Source: Streptantibioticus cattleyicolor NRRL 8057 = DSM 46488
GTDB lineage: Bacteria; Actinomycetota; Actinomycetes; Streptomycetales; Streptomycetaceae
NCBI RefSeq assembly: GCF_000240165.1
Contig: NC_017586.1
Location: 4,445,228-4,477,227 of the forward strand
Direction: 5' to 3'
DNA length: 32,000 bases
Notes under the pieces: generated by a model
Told to the model about the DNA's origin: nothing
Seen by the model: only the letters and a program-made list of their open reading frames with translations
The model's database searches: none
Translations under genes and position numbers: made by a program
Shown here: positions 19,570 to 31,731 of the stretch, in pieces
How the letters are laid out: each line of letters opens with the position of its first letter
Numbering within the stretch: position 1 is the stretch's first letter

Positions 19570-19641
19570 TGCCCCCGGCAGGATTCGAACCTGCGCACAC
19601 GGCTCCGGAGGCCGTTGCTCTATCCCCTGAGCTACGGGGGC
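19570..19641 (-). tRNA. tRNA-Arg (anticodon CCG)
   Basis: Hand-folded cloverleaf. Acceptor GCCCCCG/CGGGGGC plus discriminator A. D arm GCTC-AGGGGATA-GAGC. Anticodon arm ACGGC-CTCCGGA-GCCGT. T arm GCAGG-TTCGAAT-CCTGC. 72 nt, CCA not encoded. Confidence 0.93.
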
Positions 19642-19764
19642 GTTGTCGCCGCTCTCTCGCGGCGACGGATAGAACACTACCAGCTTCCGGAGGGTGCTTG
19701 TGTACAGGGCTTTCGCGGGGGAGCCCGCCGGGGTGGAGGGCGCGGTGCGGGGGCGCCCCCGGGG

Positions 19765-19958
19765 CGAACGGGGCAGAGCCGGGCGCCCACACCCGGGGGC
19801 GCAGCCCCACCCCAGGCGCACCCGCCACGGAAAGCGGGGGAGACGGACCCGGGGCGCCCCCGGAGCGGACGCCCCACCCCAACCGCGCCCCCAGGCGAAC
19901 CCGGCCAGCCACCGCGCACCCACCAAGGGAAACGGGGCAGACGGACCCGGGGCGCCCC
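19765..19958. repeat. Degenerate direct repeats in a C-rich (plus strand) non-coding tract
   Basis: A ~45-nt unit gcgcaccc.cca.gg.aaa.cgggg.agacggacccggggcgcccc occurs at 19816-19860 and 19914-19958, about 85 percent identical. A weaker third copy lies around 19765-19790. cccaggcg(c/a)acc recurs three times. Confidence 0.7.
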
Positions 19959-20162
19959 GACCCCCCCAGGCGCACCAGACCACCCACCGCACACCCGCCA
20001 CACCACACACGGAAGGCGGCCAGCCACGCCCCCCCAACGCTCCCAACACCCCTTAGCCCACCCCCCTCCCTCCCCTCAGCGGGACGCGAAAAGCTCCCTC
20101 GCACGGGGAAGAAGTGGGTAAAACGCGGACGCACCTTTGGGGGCGCGCCTACTCTCGAAGAT

Positions 20163-20606
20163 GTGCATCGCGCGTCGGGCCGGGTGCTTGTCGTGGACGA
20201 CAACAAGGTCATCCGGCAGTTGATCAGGGTCAACCTCGAACTGGAGGGCTTCGAGGTGGTGACCGCGGCCGACGGTGCCGAGTGCCTGGAGATCGTGGAA
20301 CGGGTGCGGCCGGACGTGGTGACGCTGGACGTGGTCATGCCGCGACTGGACGGACTGCGCGCCGCCGCACGGCTGCGTGGCGACCCGTGCACCCGCCATC
20401 TGCGGATCGCCATCGTCAGCGCCTGCACCCACGCCGAGATCGAAAGCGGTCTCCAGGCCGGGGTGGACGCCTTCCTGAGCAAGCCCTTCGAACCGGCGGA
20501 GCTGGTACGGCTCGTACGACGCCTCGCGCACACCCCCCGTCCGTCCTCCGGCGCCCCCGGGGCCGACCGCCCCCACCCCCGCCGCCCGGCGCCCCGCCTC
20601 TCCTGA
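20163..20606 (+). CDS. Single-domain CheY-like response regulator with Pro/Arg-rich tail
   Basis: Canonical receiver residues are present: VVDDN, DVVTLDVVMPRLDG, IVSAC, FLSKPF. Start at GTG 20163 (alternative GTG 20184). Confidence 0.85.
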   Translation: MHRASGRVLVVDDNKVIRQLIRVNLELEGFEVVTAADGAECLEIVERVRPDVVTLDVVMPRLDGLRAAARLRGDPCTRHLRIAIVSACTHAEIESGLQAGVDAFLSKPFEPAELVRLVRRLAHTPRPSSGAPGADRPHPRRPAPRLS

Positions 20607-20668
20607 ACACAACCCCACCCCCAAAACCCGTTCGCCACCCCACCCCACCCCTCGCCTACCCTTTTCCT

Positions 20669-21673
20669 GTGACCCCCGCCGAGCTCAGCCGAAGCGTTCA
20701 AGGAGCGGTGCGGTGTGCCGTGGCGGCGGGGGAGCTGGGGGTGGAGGTGCCGGAGCGGGTGCTGGTGGAGCGTCCGCGGGGGCCTCGGCAGGGGGATTAC
20801 GCGACGAGTGTGGCGTTGCGGCTGGCCGGGGCGGCCGGGCGGCCCGCGCGGGAGGTGGCCGGGATCCTGGCCGGACGGCTCGTCGGGGAGCCGGGGATCG
20901 CCCGGGTCGACGTCGCCGGGCCCGGGTTTCTCAACATCACGCTGGAGTCGCGGGCGCACGCCGGGCTGGTGGACCGGATCCGTGACCGCCGCCACGAATA
21001 CGGCCGCACCGCCCACCCCCGCGCGTTCCCCGTACCGCCGACCACCACCTGCGACGCCCGACCCGTCGTCCTCGCCGAGGTGTGCGAACGGCTGGTGCGG
21101 GGTGCCCGGCCGGTACCGGTCCGGCCGGCCGGGGTCGCCTACCGCGAGCTCCTGGACCGTCTCGGTCCCGACGCGACCCACTGGGCGCTGCTGCGTCCGC
21201 CCGCGCAGGACGTGCCGTGCCTGGCGGCGGAGGCGTTGCTGGCGCAGCGCGAGGCCAACCCGCTGTTCCGGGTGCGGTACGCCCACGCACGGTCCCGGGC
21301 GCTGCTGCGCAACGGGCGTGACCTGGGGGTCGATCCGGACCGGACGGCGCAGGCCATGACAGAATCCGGTGCGGGTGACGGTGACGGCGGCCACCCCTCC
21401 GCCACCGGCAGCGCGCTGCTCGCGCACCTCGCCGACCACCCGCGGATCGTCGCCGCGGCGGCCCGGGACCGCGCCCCCGACCGGGTCGCGCGCCACCTGG
21501 AGCGCACGGCCGACGCCTTCTTCCGCTGGTACGACACGTGTCCGGCGCTGCCGCGCGGTGACGAGAAACCCTCGGCCGTCCACGAGGCCCGGCTGCGGCT
21601 CGCCGACGCCGCCGGGATCGTGCTCGCCGACGGCCTGCACCTGCTCGGCATCAGCGCCCCCGACCACCTCTGA
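20669..21673 (+). CDS. Arginyl-tRNA-synthetase-like protein lacking the catalytic core (Arg_tRNA_synt_N + DALR anticodon-binding domains only)
   Basis: 334 aa from GTG 20669. The N-terminus resembles the ArgRS additional domain (..[22 protein letters not shown]). The C-terminus resembles the DALR domain ([19 protein letters not shown] ... [28 protein letters not shown]). No HIGH or KMSKS Rossmann region lies between them. Confidence 0.8.
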   Translation: MTPAELSRSVQGAVRCAVAAGELGVEVPERVLVERPRGPRQGDYATSVALRLAGAAGRPAREVAGILAGRLVGEPGIARVDVAGPGFLNITLESRAHAGLVDRIRDRRHEYGRTAHPRAFPVPPTTTCDARPVVLAEVCERLVRGARPVPVRPAGVAYRELLDRLGPDATHWALLRPPAQDVPCLAAEALLAQREANPLFRVRYAHARSRALLRNGRDLGVDPDRTAQAMTESGAGDGDGGHPSATGSALLAHLADHPRIVAAAARDRAPDRVARHLERTADAFFRWYDTCPALPRGDEKPSAVHEARLRLADAAGIVLADGLHLLGISAPDHL

Positions 21674-21693
21674 GCATCGATTCGAGGATCCGC

Positions 21694-23085
21694 ATGTCCC
21701 GCTCCGCCCACCCCGCCGGGCCCCGCTACGCCGACGTCCTGCCCGAGGGCCACTACACCGCGCCGCCGGCCGACCTCAACGCGCTGGACGCGCGGGTGTG
21801 GTCGCGTACCGTCACCCGGGACGCCGACGGGGCCGTCACCGTCGGCGGTGTCGACGTCAAGACGCTCGCCGAGGAGTTCGGCACCCCCGCCTACGTGCTG
21901 GACGAGGCCGACTTCCGGGCCCGCTGCCGGGCCTGGCATGAGGCGTTCGACGGCCGCGCCGACGTGTTCTACGCGGGCAAGGCGTTCCTCTCCCGCGCCG
22001 TGGTGCGCTGGCTGACGCAGGAGGGGCTCAACCTCGACGTGTGCTCCGAGGGCGAGCTGGCGGTGGCGTTGTCGGCGGGGATGCCGGCCGAACGCATCGC
22101 GCTGCACGGCAACAACAAGTCGGTGCGGGAGATCGAGCGGGCGGTCGAGGCCGGGGTGGGCCGGATCGTGCTCGACTCCTTCCAGGAGATCGCCCGGGTC
22201 GCCGGGGTCGCCTCGCGGCTCGGCAGGCGGCAGGGGGTGCTGATCCGGGTGACGGTGGGGGTCGAGGCGCACACCCACGAGTTCATCGCCACCGCGCACG
22301 AGGACCAGAAGTTCGGCCTGGCGCTGGCCGGCGGGCAGGCCGCCGAGGCGGTGCGCCGGGTGCTCGCGCTGGACTCCCTCGAACTGCTCGGCATCCACTC
22401 GCACATCGGCTCGCAGATCTTCGACACCTCCGGCTTCGAGGTGGCCGCCCACCGGGTGGTGGGGCTGCTGAGGGAGGTACGCGACGAGCACGGCGTCGAG
22501 CTGCCCGAGATCGACCTCGGCGGCGGCCTGGGCATCGCGTACACCTCGCAGGACGACCCGCGCGAGCCGCACGAGATCGCCAAGGCGCTGACCGAGATCG
22601 TCACCCGGGAGTGCGCGGCGGCCGGCCTGACCGTGCCGCGGCTGTCGGTGGAGCCGGGACGGGCGATCGTCGGCCCGACCGCGTTCACCCTGTACGAGGT
22701 CGGCACCGTCAAGCCGCTGGAGGGGCTGCGGACCTACGTGAGCGTGGACGGCGGGATGTCGGACAACATCCGTACCGCGCTGTACGACGCCGAGTACAGC
22801 GTGGCGCTGGTCTCCCGGACCTCCGACGCCCCGGCGATGCTGAGCCGGGTGGTCGGCAAGCACTGCGAGTCCGGGGACATCGTGGTCAAGGACGCCTTCC
22901 TCCCGGCCGACCTGGCCCCCGGCGACCTGATCGCGGTGCCCGCCACCGGCGCGTACTGCCGGTCGATGGCGAGCAACTACAACCACGCGCTGCGCCCGCC
23001 GGTGGTGGCGGTGGCCGACGGTGCGGCCCGGGTGATCGTGCGCCGGGAGACGGAGGAAGATCTCCTGCGTCTGGATATCGGTTAG
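21694..23085 (+). CDS. lysA: Diaminopimelate decarboxylase
   Basis: 463 aa. PLP-dependent Orn/DAP/Arg decarboxylase motifs ([34 protein letters not shown]). Conserved position upstream of hom-thrC-thrB. Confidence 0.96.
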   Translation: MSRSAHPAGPRYADVLPEGHYTAPPADLNALDARVWSRTVTRDADGAVTVGGVDVKTLAEEFGTPAYVLDEADFRARCRAWHEAFDGRADVFYAGKAFLSRAVVRWLTQEGLNLDVCSEGELAVALSAGMPAERIALHGNNKSVREIERAVEAGVGRIVLDSFQEIARVAGVASRLGRRQGVLIRVTVGVEAHTHEFIATAHEDQKFGLALAGGQAAEAVRRVLALDSLELLGIHSHIGSQIFDTSGFEVAAHRVVGLLREVRDEHGVELPEIDLGGGLGIAYTSQDDPREPHEIAKALTEIVTRECAAAGLTVPRLSVEPGRAIVGPTAFTLYEVGTVKPLEGLRTYVSVDGGMSDNIRTALYDAEYSVALVSRTSDAPAMLSRVVGKHCESGDIVVKDAFLPADLAPGDLIAVPATGAYCRSMASNYNHALRPPVVAVADGAARVIVRRETEEDLLRLDIG

Positions 23086-23201
23086 CAAGATCCTTGTTTC
23101 GGATGCTGGACCGAGGATGGAAGTTGGCGTCCGGTGGGTGAGACTGGATCCACCACGCACGCTGGTCGTGAGTTGTCGAAGCTGTTGAGAATCGAGGTCG
23201 G

Positions 23202-24545
23202 ATGATGCGTACGCGTCCGCTGAAGGTGGCGCTGCTGGGCTGTGGAGTGGTGGGCTCAGAGGTCGCGCGCATCATGACGACGCAGGCCGCCGACCTCGCG
23301 GCCCGGATCGGCGCCCCGGTCGAGCTGGCCGGCATCGCGGTGCGCCGGCCGGACCGGGTACGCCAGGGCGTCCCCGCCGAGCTGATCACCACCGACGCCA
23401 CCGCGCTGGTCAAACGCGGCGACATCGACGTGGTGATCGAGGTGGTCGGCGGCATCGAGCCGGCCCGTACGCTGATCACCACCGCCTTCGAGCACGGCGC
23501 CGGCGTGGTCTCCGCCAACAAGGCGCTGCTCGCCGCGGACGGCGCCACGCTGCACGCCAAGGCCGCCGAGCACGGGGTGGACCTGTACTACGAGGCGGCG
23601 GTGGCCGGTGCCATCCCGCTCATCCGCCCGCTGCGCGAATCGCTCGCCGGTGACAAGGTCAACCGGGTCCTCGGCATCGTCAACGGCACGACCAACTTCA
23701 TCCTGGACCGGATGGACGCGACCGGCGCCGGCTACTCCGAGGCGCTGGACGAGGCGACCGCGCTGGGGTACGCCGAGGCCGACCCGACCGCCGACGTCGA
23801 GGGGTTCGACGCCGCCGCCAAGGCCGCCATCCTGGCCGGGATCGCCTTCCACACCCGGGTGACCATCGACGACGTGCACCGCGAGGGGCTCACCGAGGTC
23901 ACCGCGGCCGACATCGCCTCGGCCCGCCGGATGGGGTGCACGGTCAAGCTGCTGGCGATCTGCGAGCGCTCGGCCGACGGCAACTCCGTCACCGCCCGGG
24001 TGCACCCGGCGATGATCCCGCTCAGCCACCCGCTGGCCTCGGTGCGCGAGGCGTACAACGCGGTCTTCGTGGAGGCCGAGGCGGCCGGCCGGCTGATGTT
24101 CTACGGTCCGGGCGCCGGCGGCGCCCCCACCGCCTCGGCGGTCCTGGGCGACCTGGTGGCCGCCTGCCGCAACCGGCTGGCCGGCACCCGCGGGGTGGGC
24201 GACTCCGCCTACACCCAGCTGCCGGTGAGCCCGATGGGCGAGGTGGTCACCCGGTACCACATCAGTCTGGACGTGGCCGACAAACCCGGTGTTCTCGCCC
24301 AGGTCGCCACGATCTTCGCGGAACACGAGGTGTCCATCGACACCGTCCGCCAGCAGGGCAGGGAGTCCGAGGAGGGCGGCGACGAGGCCGCCTCCGGCAA
24401 GGGCGCGGGACGACGGGCGGGCGCCTCGCTCGTCGTGGTCACCCACCGCGCGCCCGACGCCGCGCTCTCGGCGACCGTCGAGGCCCTGCGGAAACTCGAC
24501 ACCGTGCGCGGGGTCGCGAGCATCATGCGTGTGGAAGGGGAGTAA
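23202..24545 (+). CDS. hom: Homoserine dehydrogenase
   Basis: 447 aa. NAD-binding site [13 protein letters not shown]. Catalytic region [23 protein letters not shown]-terminal ACT domain. ATG 23202 (or 23205). Confidence 0.95.
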   Translation: MMRTRPLKVALLGCGVVGSEVARIMTTQAADLAARIGAPVELAGIAVRRPDRVRQGVPAELITTDATALVKRGDIDVVIEVVGGIEPARTLITTAFEHGAGVVSANKALLAADGATLHAKAAEHGVDLYYEAAVAGAIPLIRPLRESLAGDKVNRVLGIVNGTTNFILDRMDATGAGYSEALDEATALGYAEADPTADVEGFDAAAKAAILAGIAFHTRVTIDDVHREGLTEVTAADIASARRMGCTVKLLAICERSADGNSVTARVHPAMIPLSHPLASVREAYNAVFVEAEAAGRLMFYGPGAGGAPTASAVLGDLVAACRNRLAGTRGVGDSAYTQLPVSPMGEVVTRYHISLDVADKPGVLAQVATIFAEHEVSIDTVRQQGRESEEGGDEAASGKGAGRRAGASLVVVTHRAPDAALSATVEALRKLDTVRGVASIMRVEGE

Positions 24546-24552
24546 CCCAGCA

Positions 24553-25641
24553 ATGAACGCCGTCGCTTCACCTCGAATGTCCGGCACCCACCAGTGGCGG
24601 GGCATCATCGAGGAGTACCGGGACCGGCTTCCGGTGACCGCCGAGACCCCCGTGGTCACGCTGCTGGAGGGTGGCACCCCGCTCGTTCCCGCCCAGCTGC
24701 TGTCCGAACGGACCGGCTGTGACGTCCACTTGAAGGTCGAGGGGGCCAACCCCACCGGTTCCTTCAAGGACCGCGGCATGACGATGGCCATCACCCGGGC
24801 CAAGGAGGAGGGCGCCCAGGCGGTCATCTGCGCCTCCACCGGCAACACCTCGGCCTCGGCCGCCGGGTACGCGGTACGGGCCGGGATGGTCTGCGCGGTG
24901 CTGGTGCCGCAGGGCAAGATCGCGCTGGGCAAGATGGGCCAGGCGCTGGTGCACGGCGCCCGGATCCTCCAGGTCGACGGCAACTTCGACGACTGCCTGG
25001 AGCTGGCCCGCGGGCTGAGCGACAAGTACCCGGTGGCGCTGGTCAACTCGGTCAACCCGGTGCGCATCGAGGGCCAGAAGACCGCCGCGTTCGAGATCGT
25101 GGACGCGCTCGGGGACGCCCCCGACATCCACGTCCTCCCGGTGGGCAACGCCGGCAACATCACGGCGTACTGGAAGGGTTACCGCGAGTACGCGGCGGAC
25201 GGCGTGTCCACCCGCACCCCGCGGATGTGGGGGTTCCAGGCGTCCGGCGCGGCGCCGATCGTCAAGGGCGAGCCGGTGCGCGACCCGCAGACCATCGCCA
25301 CCGCCATCCGCATCGGCAACCCGGCCTCCTGGGCGTTCGCGGAGGCCGCGCGGGACGAGTCCGGCGGCCTCATCGAAGCGGTGACCGACCGTCAGATCCT
25401 TGCCGCCTACCGGCTGTTGGCCGCGCGCGAGGGCGTCTTCGTGGAGCCCGCGTCGGCGGCCTCGGTGGCCGGACTGCTCAAGGCGGCCGAGGAGGGCCGG
25501 CTCGACCCGGGCCAGCGCGTGGTGTGCACGGTGACCGGAAACGGCCTGAAGGACCCCGACTGGGCGGTGGCCGGCGCCCCGCAGCCGATCACCGTCCCGG
25601 TCGACGCCGACGCCGCCGCCGAACGCCTCGGTCTGGTGTAA
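24553..25641 (+). CDS. thrC: Threonine synthase
   Basis: PLP-lysine motif [25 protein letters not shown]-terminus typical of actinobacterial ThrC. ATG 24553 (GGAAGGGGAG upstream), alternative ATG 24577. Confidence 0.95.
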   Translation: MNAVASPRMSGTHQWRGIIEEYRDRLPVTAETPVVTLLEGGTPLVPAQLLSERTGCDVHLKVEGANPTGSFKDRGMTMAITRAKEEGAQAVICASTGNTSASAAGYAVRAGMVCAVLVPQGKIALGKMGQALVHGARILQVDGNFDDCLELARGLSDKYPVALVNSVNPVRIEGQKTAAFEIVDALGDAPDIHVLPVGNAGNITAYWKGYREYAADGVSTRTPRMWGFQASGAAPIVKGEPVRDPQTIATAIRIGNPASWAFAEAARDESGGLIEAVTDRQILAAYRLLAAREGVFVEPASAASVAGLLKAAEEGRLDPGQRVVCTVTGNGLKDPDWAVAGAPQPITVPVDADAAAERLGLV

Positions 25642-25671
25642 CGCCCGGCGGCCGGGGGAACCTGCCCGACC

Positions 25672-25717
25672 TGCGCCTTTCGTCGCGTCCCCGCCGGGGG
25701 GCGCAACGAAAGGCGTG
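25672..25717 (+). terminator. Hairpin downstream of thrC (terminator-like, no T-tract)
   Basis: CGCCTTTCGTCGCG (25674-87) pairs with CGCAACGAAAGGCG (25702-15), 13 of 14 positions. The loop carries CCCC/GGGG complementarity. Confidence 0.4.
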
Positions 25718-25965
25718 CGACACGCATCACGCGCCGTCCGTGCGCCCTATGTCGCAGCAGAACCTTCCTTCGATAGGCTGCCTCCCATCGGTGCGCCCAG
25801 CACCGCAGCGGTCCTTGCCGTTGGCACAGGCCCGACCGCCGCCACCGCCGCCGTCGCCGTCGACGGAGGGGCGCGGCCCCCAAGCCCTCGCGCCGCCACC
25901 CGGCTGAAGGACGCCAAGGCCCCGGGGCAGCACCGCACTTGCCACACAAGGAGAGTCTTCGACCG

Positions 25966-26913
25966 ATGGCCGGTCCCGCCTTCCGCGCCGCCGCCGTCCG
26001 CGTGCGTACCCCCGCGACCAGCGCCAACCTCGGACCCGGCTTCGACGCGTTCGGGCTGGCCCTGGGGCTCTACGACGACGTCGTGGTCCGGGTCGCCGAC
26101 TCCGGTCTGCACGTCGACATCGCGGGGGAGGGCGCCGACAGCCTGGCACGTGACGAGAAACACCTCGTGGTCCGCGCCCTGCGCACCGCGTTCGACGTGC
26201 TCGGCGGGCAGCCGCGCGGCCTGGAGGTGGTCTGCGCCAACCGCATCCCGCACGGCCGCGGCCTGGGCTCCTCCTCCGCCGCCATCTGCGCCGGCATCAT
26301 GGCCGCCCGGGCGGTGACCATAGGCGGCGCCGACCGCCTCGACGACGCCGCCCTGCTGGAGCTGGCCACCGAGATCGAGGGCCACCCGGACAACGTCGCC
26401 GCCTGTCTGCTCGGCGGCTTCACCCTGGCCTGGACGGAGTCCGGGGCGGCCCGGGCGATCCGGATGGCACCGGCGGCGTCCATCGTTCCGGTGGTTTTCG
26501 TCCCCTCCCGGCCGGTGCTCACCGAGACCGCCCGCGGGCTGCTGCCGCGCACCGTGCCGCATGTGGACGCGGCGGCCAACGCCGGACGCGCCGCGCTCCT
26601 CGTCGAGGCCCTCACCCGCCGCCCCGACCTGCTCTTCCCGGCCACCGAGGACCGGCTCCACCAGGAGTACCGGGCGCCCGCCATGCCGGCCAGCACCGAG
26701 CTGGTGGCCAGGCTGCGGGCCGAAGGGGTGCCCGCGGTGATCTCCGGCGCCGGCCCCACCGTGCTGGCGCTCACCGAGGAGGGACGCGCCGAAAAGGTGG
26801 CCGCCCTCGCCGGGGAGGGATGGGCGGCCAACCGGCTCGCGTTGGACCCCTCGGGGGCCTGCGTCCTGCCGCTGACCGGGGCCGGAACCGGCGCGCCGGG
26901 GGCCGTCCACTGA
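25966..26913 (+). CDS. thrB: Homoserine kinase
   Basis: 315 aa. ATG 25966 with AAGGAGAG upstream. GHMP kinase motifs (PATSANLGPGFD, IPHGRGLGSSSAA). Confidence 0.95.
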   Translation: MAGPAFRAAAVRVRTPATSANLGPGFDAFGLALGLYDDVVVRVADSGLHVDIAGEGADSLARDEKHLVVRALRTAFDVLGGQPRGLEVVCANRIPHGRGLGSSSAAICAGIMAARAVTIGGADRLDDAALLELATEIEGHPDNVAACLLGGFTLAWTESGAARAIRMAPAASIVPVVFVPSRPVLTETARGLLPRTVPHVDAAANAGRAALLVEALTRRPDLLFPATEDRLHQEYRAPAMPASTELVARLRAEGVPAVISGAGPTVLALTEEGRAEKVAALAGEGWAANRLALDPSGACVLPLTGAGTGAPGAVH

Positions 26914-27347
26914 TGACCGGGGGGTTTGAGCCGGTGTCCGACACGGGAAGAACTGCGCGCGGCAGCGCCGCGCCCCGTAACCCGATGCACGATTGCCGGG
27001 CGCGGAGAGGGGGAATGTTTGTTGGATCCGGTAGTGTTAACCTCAAGTACGCACCCACTGCCCCACAGGCTGGGTGCTCCGTGTCCCGTCTTGGGGCCGC
27101 CCTTCTTCCGGGAGCCTTCCACACTGCCTTGAAGCCTGCCTTCGCAGTGCCGAGCACGCTCCGGAACCGGCGCGAGCGATACGCCACCTCCGTGTGACCT
27201 CTTCGCGTCGGAAAACACGCATGTTTCTGCCGCCGTCAGGCGGACCACCGCCCCGGATCCGGACCCAACGCGAAAACCCGGAATCCGGACAGCACAACCG
27301 GTCGCCGAGCCGATCAGGCCGACGCCCGCTCCAGGGAAGGACCCTTC

Positions 27348-29387
<2,040 letters not shown>

Positions 29388-29412
29388 TCCGGGCGACCGG
29401 CCGCACCACGCA

Positions 29413-29460
29413 GCCGCCCCGGCCACGGCGTCCCAGTACGGGCGCCGGGGCCGGGGCGGC
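29413..29460 (+). terminator. Intrinsic terminator after rho
   Basis: 12-bp perfect stem GCCGCCCCGGCC/GGCCGGGGCGGC, extended by CGGCG/CGCCG, followed by TTGTTGCGTT. Confidence 0.7.
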
Positions 29461-29693
29461 TTGTTGCGTTCCGTGGCTTTTCGCAGGTCAGACGGTGTTT
29501 CCCGGCGACGCGTCCGTGATGCGGACGTGATGCGTGGGGCTGGTGAAGGTTCCTGGGCTGGTTGTACGATCCAACCACCGAGGCAGGGGAACGAGATTCG
29601 AGCGCGCCCCCCGTTACGACGGGCGAGCCGAGCCGCGCTCATCGGCCGTTCCCCGGGCCCGGACTCATCGGAACTGATCACCAGGAGACCTGA

Positions 29694-31523
29694 GTGTCCT
29701 TCGCCCACAGAGGCGGAAAGCACCGGCGCGGGGCGCGGATGGCCGTGCCCGCCGCTGCCGCGACGCTGTTCCTCGGCGGAGCGGGCGCCTTCCTCGCGGC
29801 GCCCGCGGACGCCGTCGCGGCCCCGCCGCCCGCCCCGCGCGTCACGCCGGGGCACCCGACCGTGCCGGTGGCCCAGCTCACCGGCCGGGTCGGCAACGCC
29901 CTGAAGGCCGCGGCCAAGGCGGCCCCCAAGTCCCCGGCGGACAACGGCCGGACGGCCACCACCGCCCCGGCCGCCCCCTCCTCCGCCGGCCCCTCCGGCA
30001 CCGTCGATCCGAAGATCATCGGCGGCACCACCACCGCCATCGGCACCGCCCCGTGGATGGCCCAGCTGTGGTACTGGGACGACCGCGGCACCAGCGACAC
30101 CGGTGACGACATCGGCTTCTTCTGCGGCGGCACCGTGATCTCGCCCACGAAGATCCTCACCGCCGCGCACTGCGTCAAGGGCTACGACTGGCACGCCCAC
30201 GGCAGCGTCCTGACCGGCACCGCGCAGACCCCCACCACGGACTCCGCGGGCACCACCGACCTGCACGGCGGCACCGCCTCCGGGGTGTGGCGGCAGTGGA
30301 ACGACCCGTCGTTCGACGCCACCACCCTCGACAACGACGTCGCCGTGCTCACCCTGCCCAACCCGGTCAGCGCCCCCACGCTGAAGGTGACCTCGGCCGG
30401 CGACACCGCCTCGTACCGGGCGGGCACCCAGGCCCAGGTCTACGGCTGGGGGCGGACCACCTCCACCAGCCAGGCCGTCTCCACCGCGCTGCGCACCGCG
30501 ACGCTGCCGATGAACTCCGACGCCATCTGCTCGGCCGCGTTCGGCGGCGAGTACGCGCCCGGCCACATGGTCTGCGCCGGCAACCCGGCCACCGGCCAGG
30601 ACGCCGGCACCGTCGCCGCCTGCAACGGCGACTCCGGCGGCCCGCTGGTGGCCGGCGGCCGGCTGGTCGGCGTGGTCTCCTGGGGCGTCGAGGACTGCGT
30701 GGCCAAGGGGTCGTTCAGCGTCTTCACCAAGGTCTCCTCCTACCTCGGCCGGATCGAACCGCGCGTCGACGACGCCGACCTCAACGGCGACGGCCTCGGC
30801 GACCTGTTCGCCCGCACCCCGGCCGGCACGGGGTACGAGTACGACTCCAGGCGCACCGGCCTCAACTCCCGTGTCCCGCTGGGCGACTGGGGCGGCCTCA
30901 CCCTGGTCCGCCAGGCCGACCTCGACCGCGACGGCTACCAGGACTTCCTGACCCGCGACAGCGGCGGCACCCTGTACTGGGAGCACTTCGTGCCGGCCAC
31001 CGGCAAGTGGGCGGTCTCCCGCGTCGGCGGCGGCTGGAACACCATGAGGTTCATCGCCGTCCCCGGCGACCTCACCGGCGACGCCCTGCCCGACCTGGTG
31101 GCCGGCGACTCCAGCGGCAACGTGTGGGTCTACCCGGGCAAGGGCAACGGCACCTTCGGCGCCCGTACCAAGGCCGGCTACGGCTGGAACGTCTACGGCG
31201 CCAACGTGGTCGGCCGCGGCGACCTGACCCGCGACGGCAGGCCCGACCTGCTCGCCCAGGACGCCTCCGGCAACCTGTGGCTCCACCCCGGCACCGGCAC
31301 CACCCCGGCCGCCTTCGGCGCCCGGATCAAGGCCGGCTACGGCTACCACTACACCGCCTACGTCGCCGTCGGCGACCTCACCGGGGACGGCAAGGCCGAC
31401 CTGGTGACCCGGGACCCCTCCGGCAACCTGTGGCTGTACCGGGGCACCGGCTCCGCCAAGGCGCCGCTGGCCGCCCGCACCAAGCTTGGCTACGGCTGGA
31501 ACGTCTACGACCTCTTCGGCTGA
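29694..31523 (+). CDS. Secreted S1 (trypsin-like) serine protease fused to FG-GAP/VCBS repeat beta-propeller
   Basis: 609 aa. GTG 29694 with AGGAGA upstream. Signal peptide (RRGARMAVPAAAATLFLGGAGAFLAAPADA). IIGG, TAAHC, NDVAVL and GDSGGP triad motifs. Then about 6 repeats of the form GDLTGDG.PDLV..D.SGNLW.Y.G.G. Confidence 0.9.
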   Translation: MSFAHRGGKHRRGARMAVPAAAATLFLGGAGAFLAAPADAVAAPPPAPRVTPGHPTVPVAQLTGRVGNALKAAAKAAPKSPADNGRTATTAPAAPSSAGPSGTVDPKIIGGTTTAIGTAPWMAQLWYWDDRGTSDTGDDIGFFCGGTVISPTKILTAAHCVKGYDWHAHGSVLTGTAQTPTTDSAGTTDLHGGTASGVWRQWNDPSFDATTLDNDVAVLTLPNPVSAPTLKVTSAGDTASYRAGTQAQVYGWGRTTSTSQAVSTALRTATLPMNSDAICSAAFGGEYAPGHMVCAGNPATGQDAGTVAACNGDSGGPLVAGGRLVGVVSWGVEDCVAKGSFSVFTKVSSYLGRIEPRVDDADLNGDGLGDLFARTPAGTGYEYDSRRTGLNSRVPLGDWGGLTLVRQADLDRDGYQDFLTRDSGGTLYWEHFVPATGKWAVSRVGGGWNTMRFIAVPGDLTGDALPDLVAGDSSGNVWVYPGKGNGTFGARTKAGYGWNVYGANVVGRGDLTRDGRPDLLAQDASGNLWLHPGTGTTPAAFGARIKAGYGYHYTAYVAVGDLTGDGKADLVTRDPSGNLWLYRGTGSAKAPLAARTKLGYGWNVYDLFG

Positions 31524-31571
31524 GCACCGGCTCCGCCGAGACCTTCGCCACACGCGCCTCCGCTGAAGATC

Positions 31572-31609
31572 GCGCCCGCATAGGCCCTGACCTGGGCTTA
31601 TGCGGGCGC
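31572..31609 (+). terminator. Intrinsic terminator after the protease gene
   Basis: 11-bp perfect stem GCGCCCGCATA/TATGCGGGCGC with a 16-nt partly paired loop, followed by TTACGGTTT. Confidence 0.65.
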
Positions 31610-31731
31610 TTACGGTTTCGTCGGCCTTCCGGCGCGCAGCCGGCGGTACCGCAGGATGAGGAACCGGCCTCACCGGTACGGACGTGACCGGATACGGCCA
31701 GGCAACTCACGAAGCGAGGACGGATCACCCG

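Noticed and set aside
19570-19600. att-type direct repeat of the tRNA-Arg 3' half elsewhere in the window, as a marker of the left island end
   Set aside because: I scanned for ggattcgaacc / ttcgaacc. The only hit was an 8-mer inside the response-regulator gene (20487), which is not a convincing repeat.
25749-25907. Small ORF (MSQQNLPSIGCLPS...) in the thrC-thrB intergenic region
   Set aside because: The product has a Pro-rich low-complexity tail. There is no RBS and codon bias is poor. It is likely non-coding spacer.
31580-31592. TAGGCCCTGAC in the loop of the protease terminator resembles the MITE TIR (TAGGCCCTGTC)
   Set aside because: Only a 9-10 nt match. There is no second TIR or element interior nearby, so it is probably chance.
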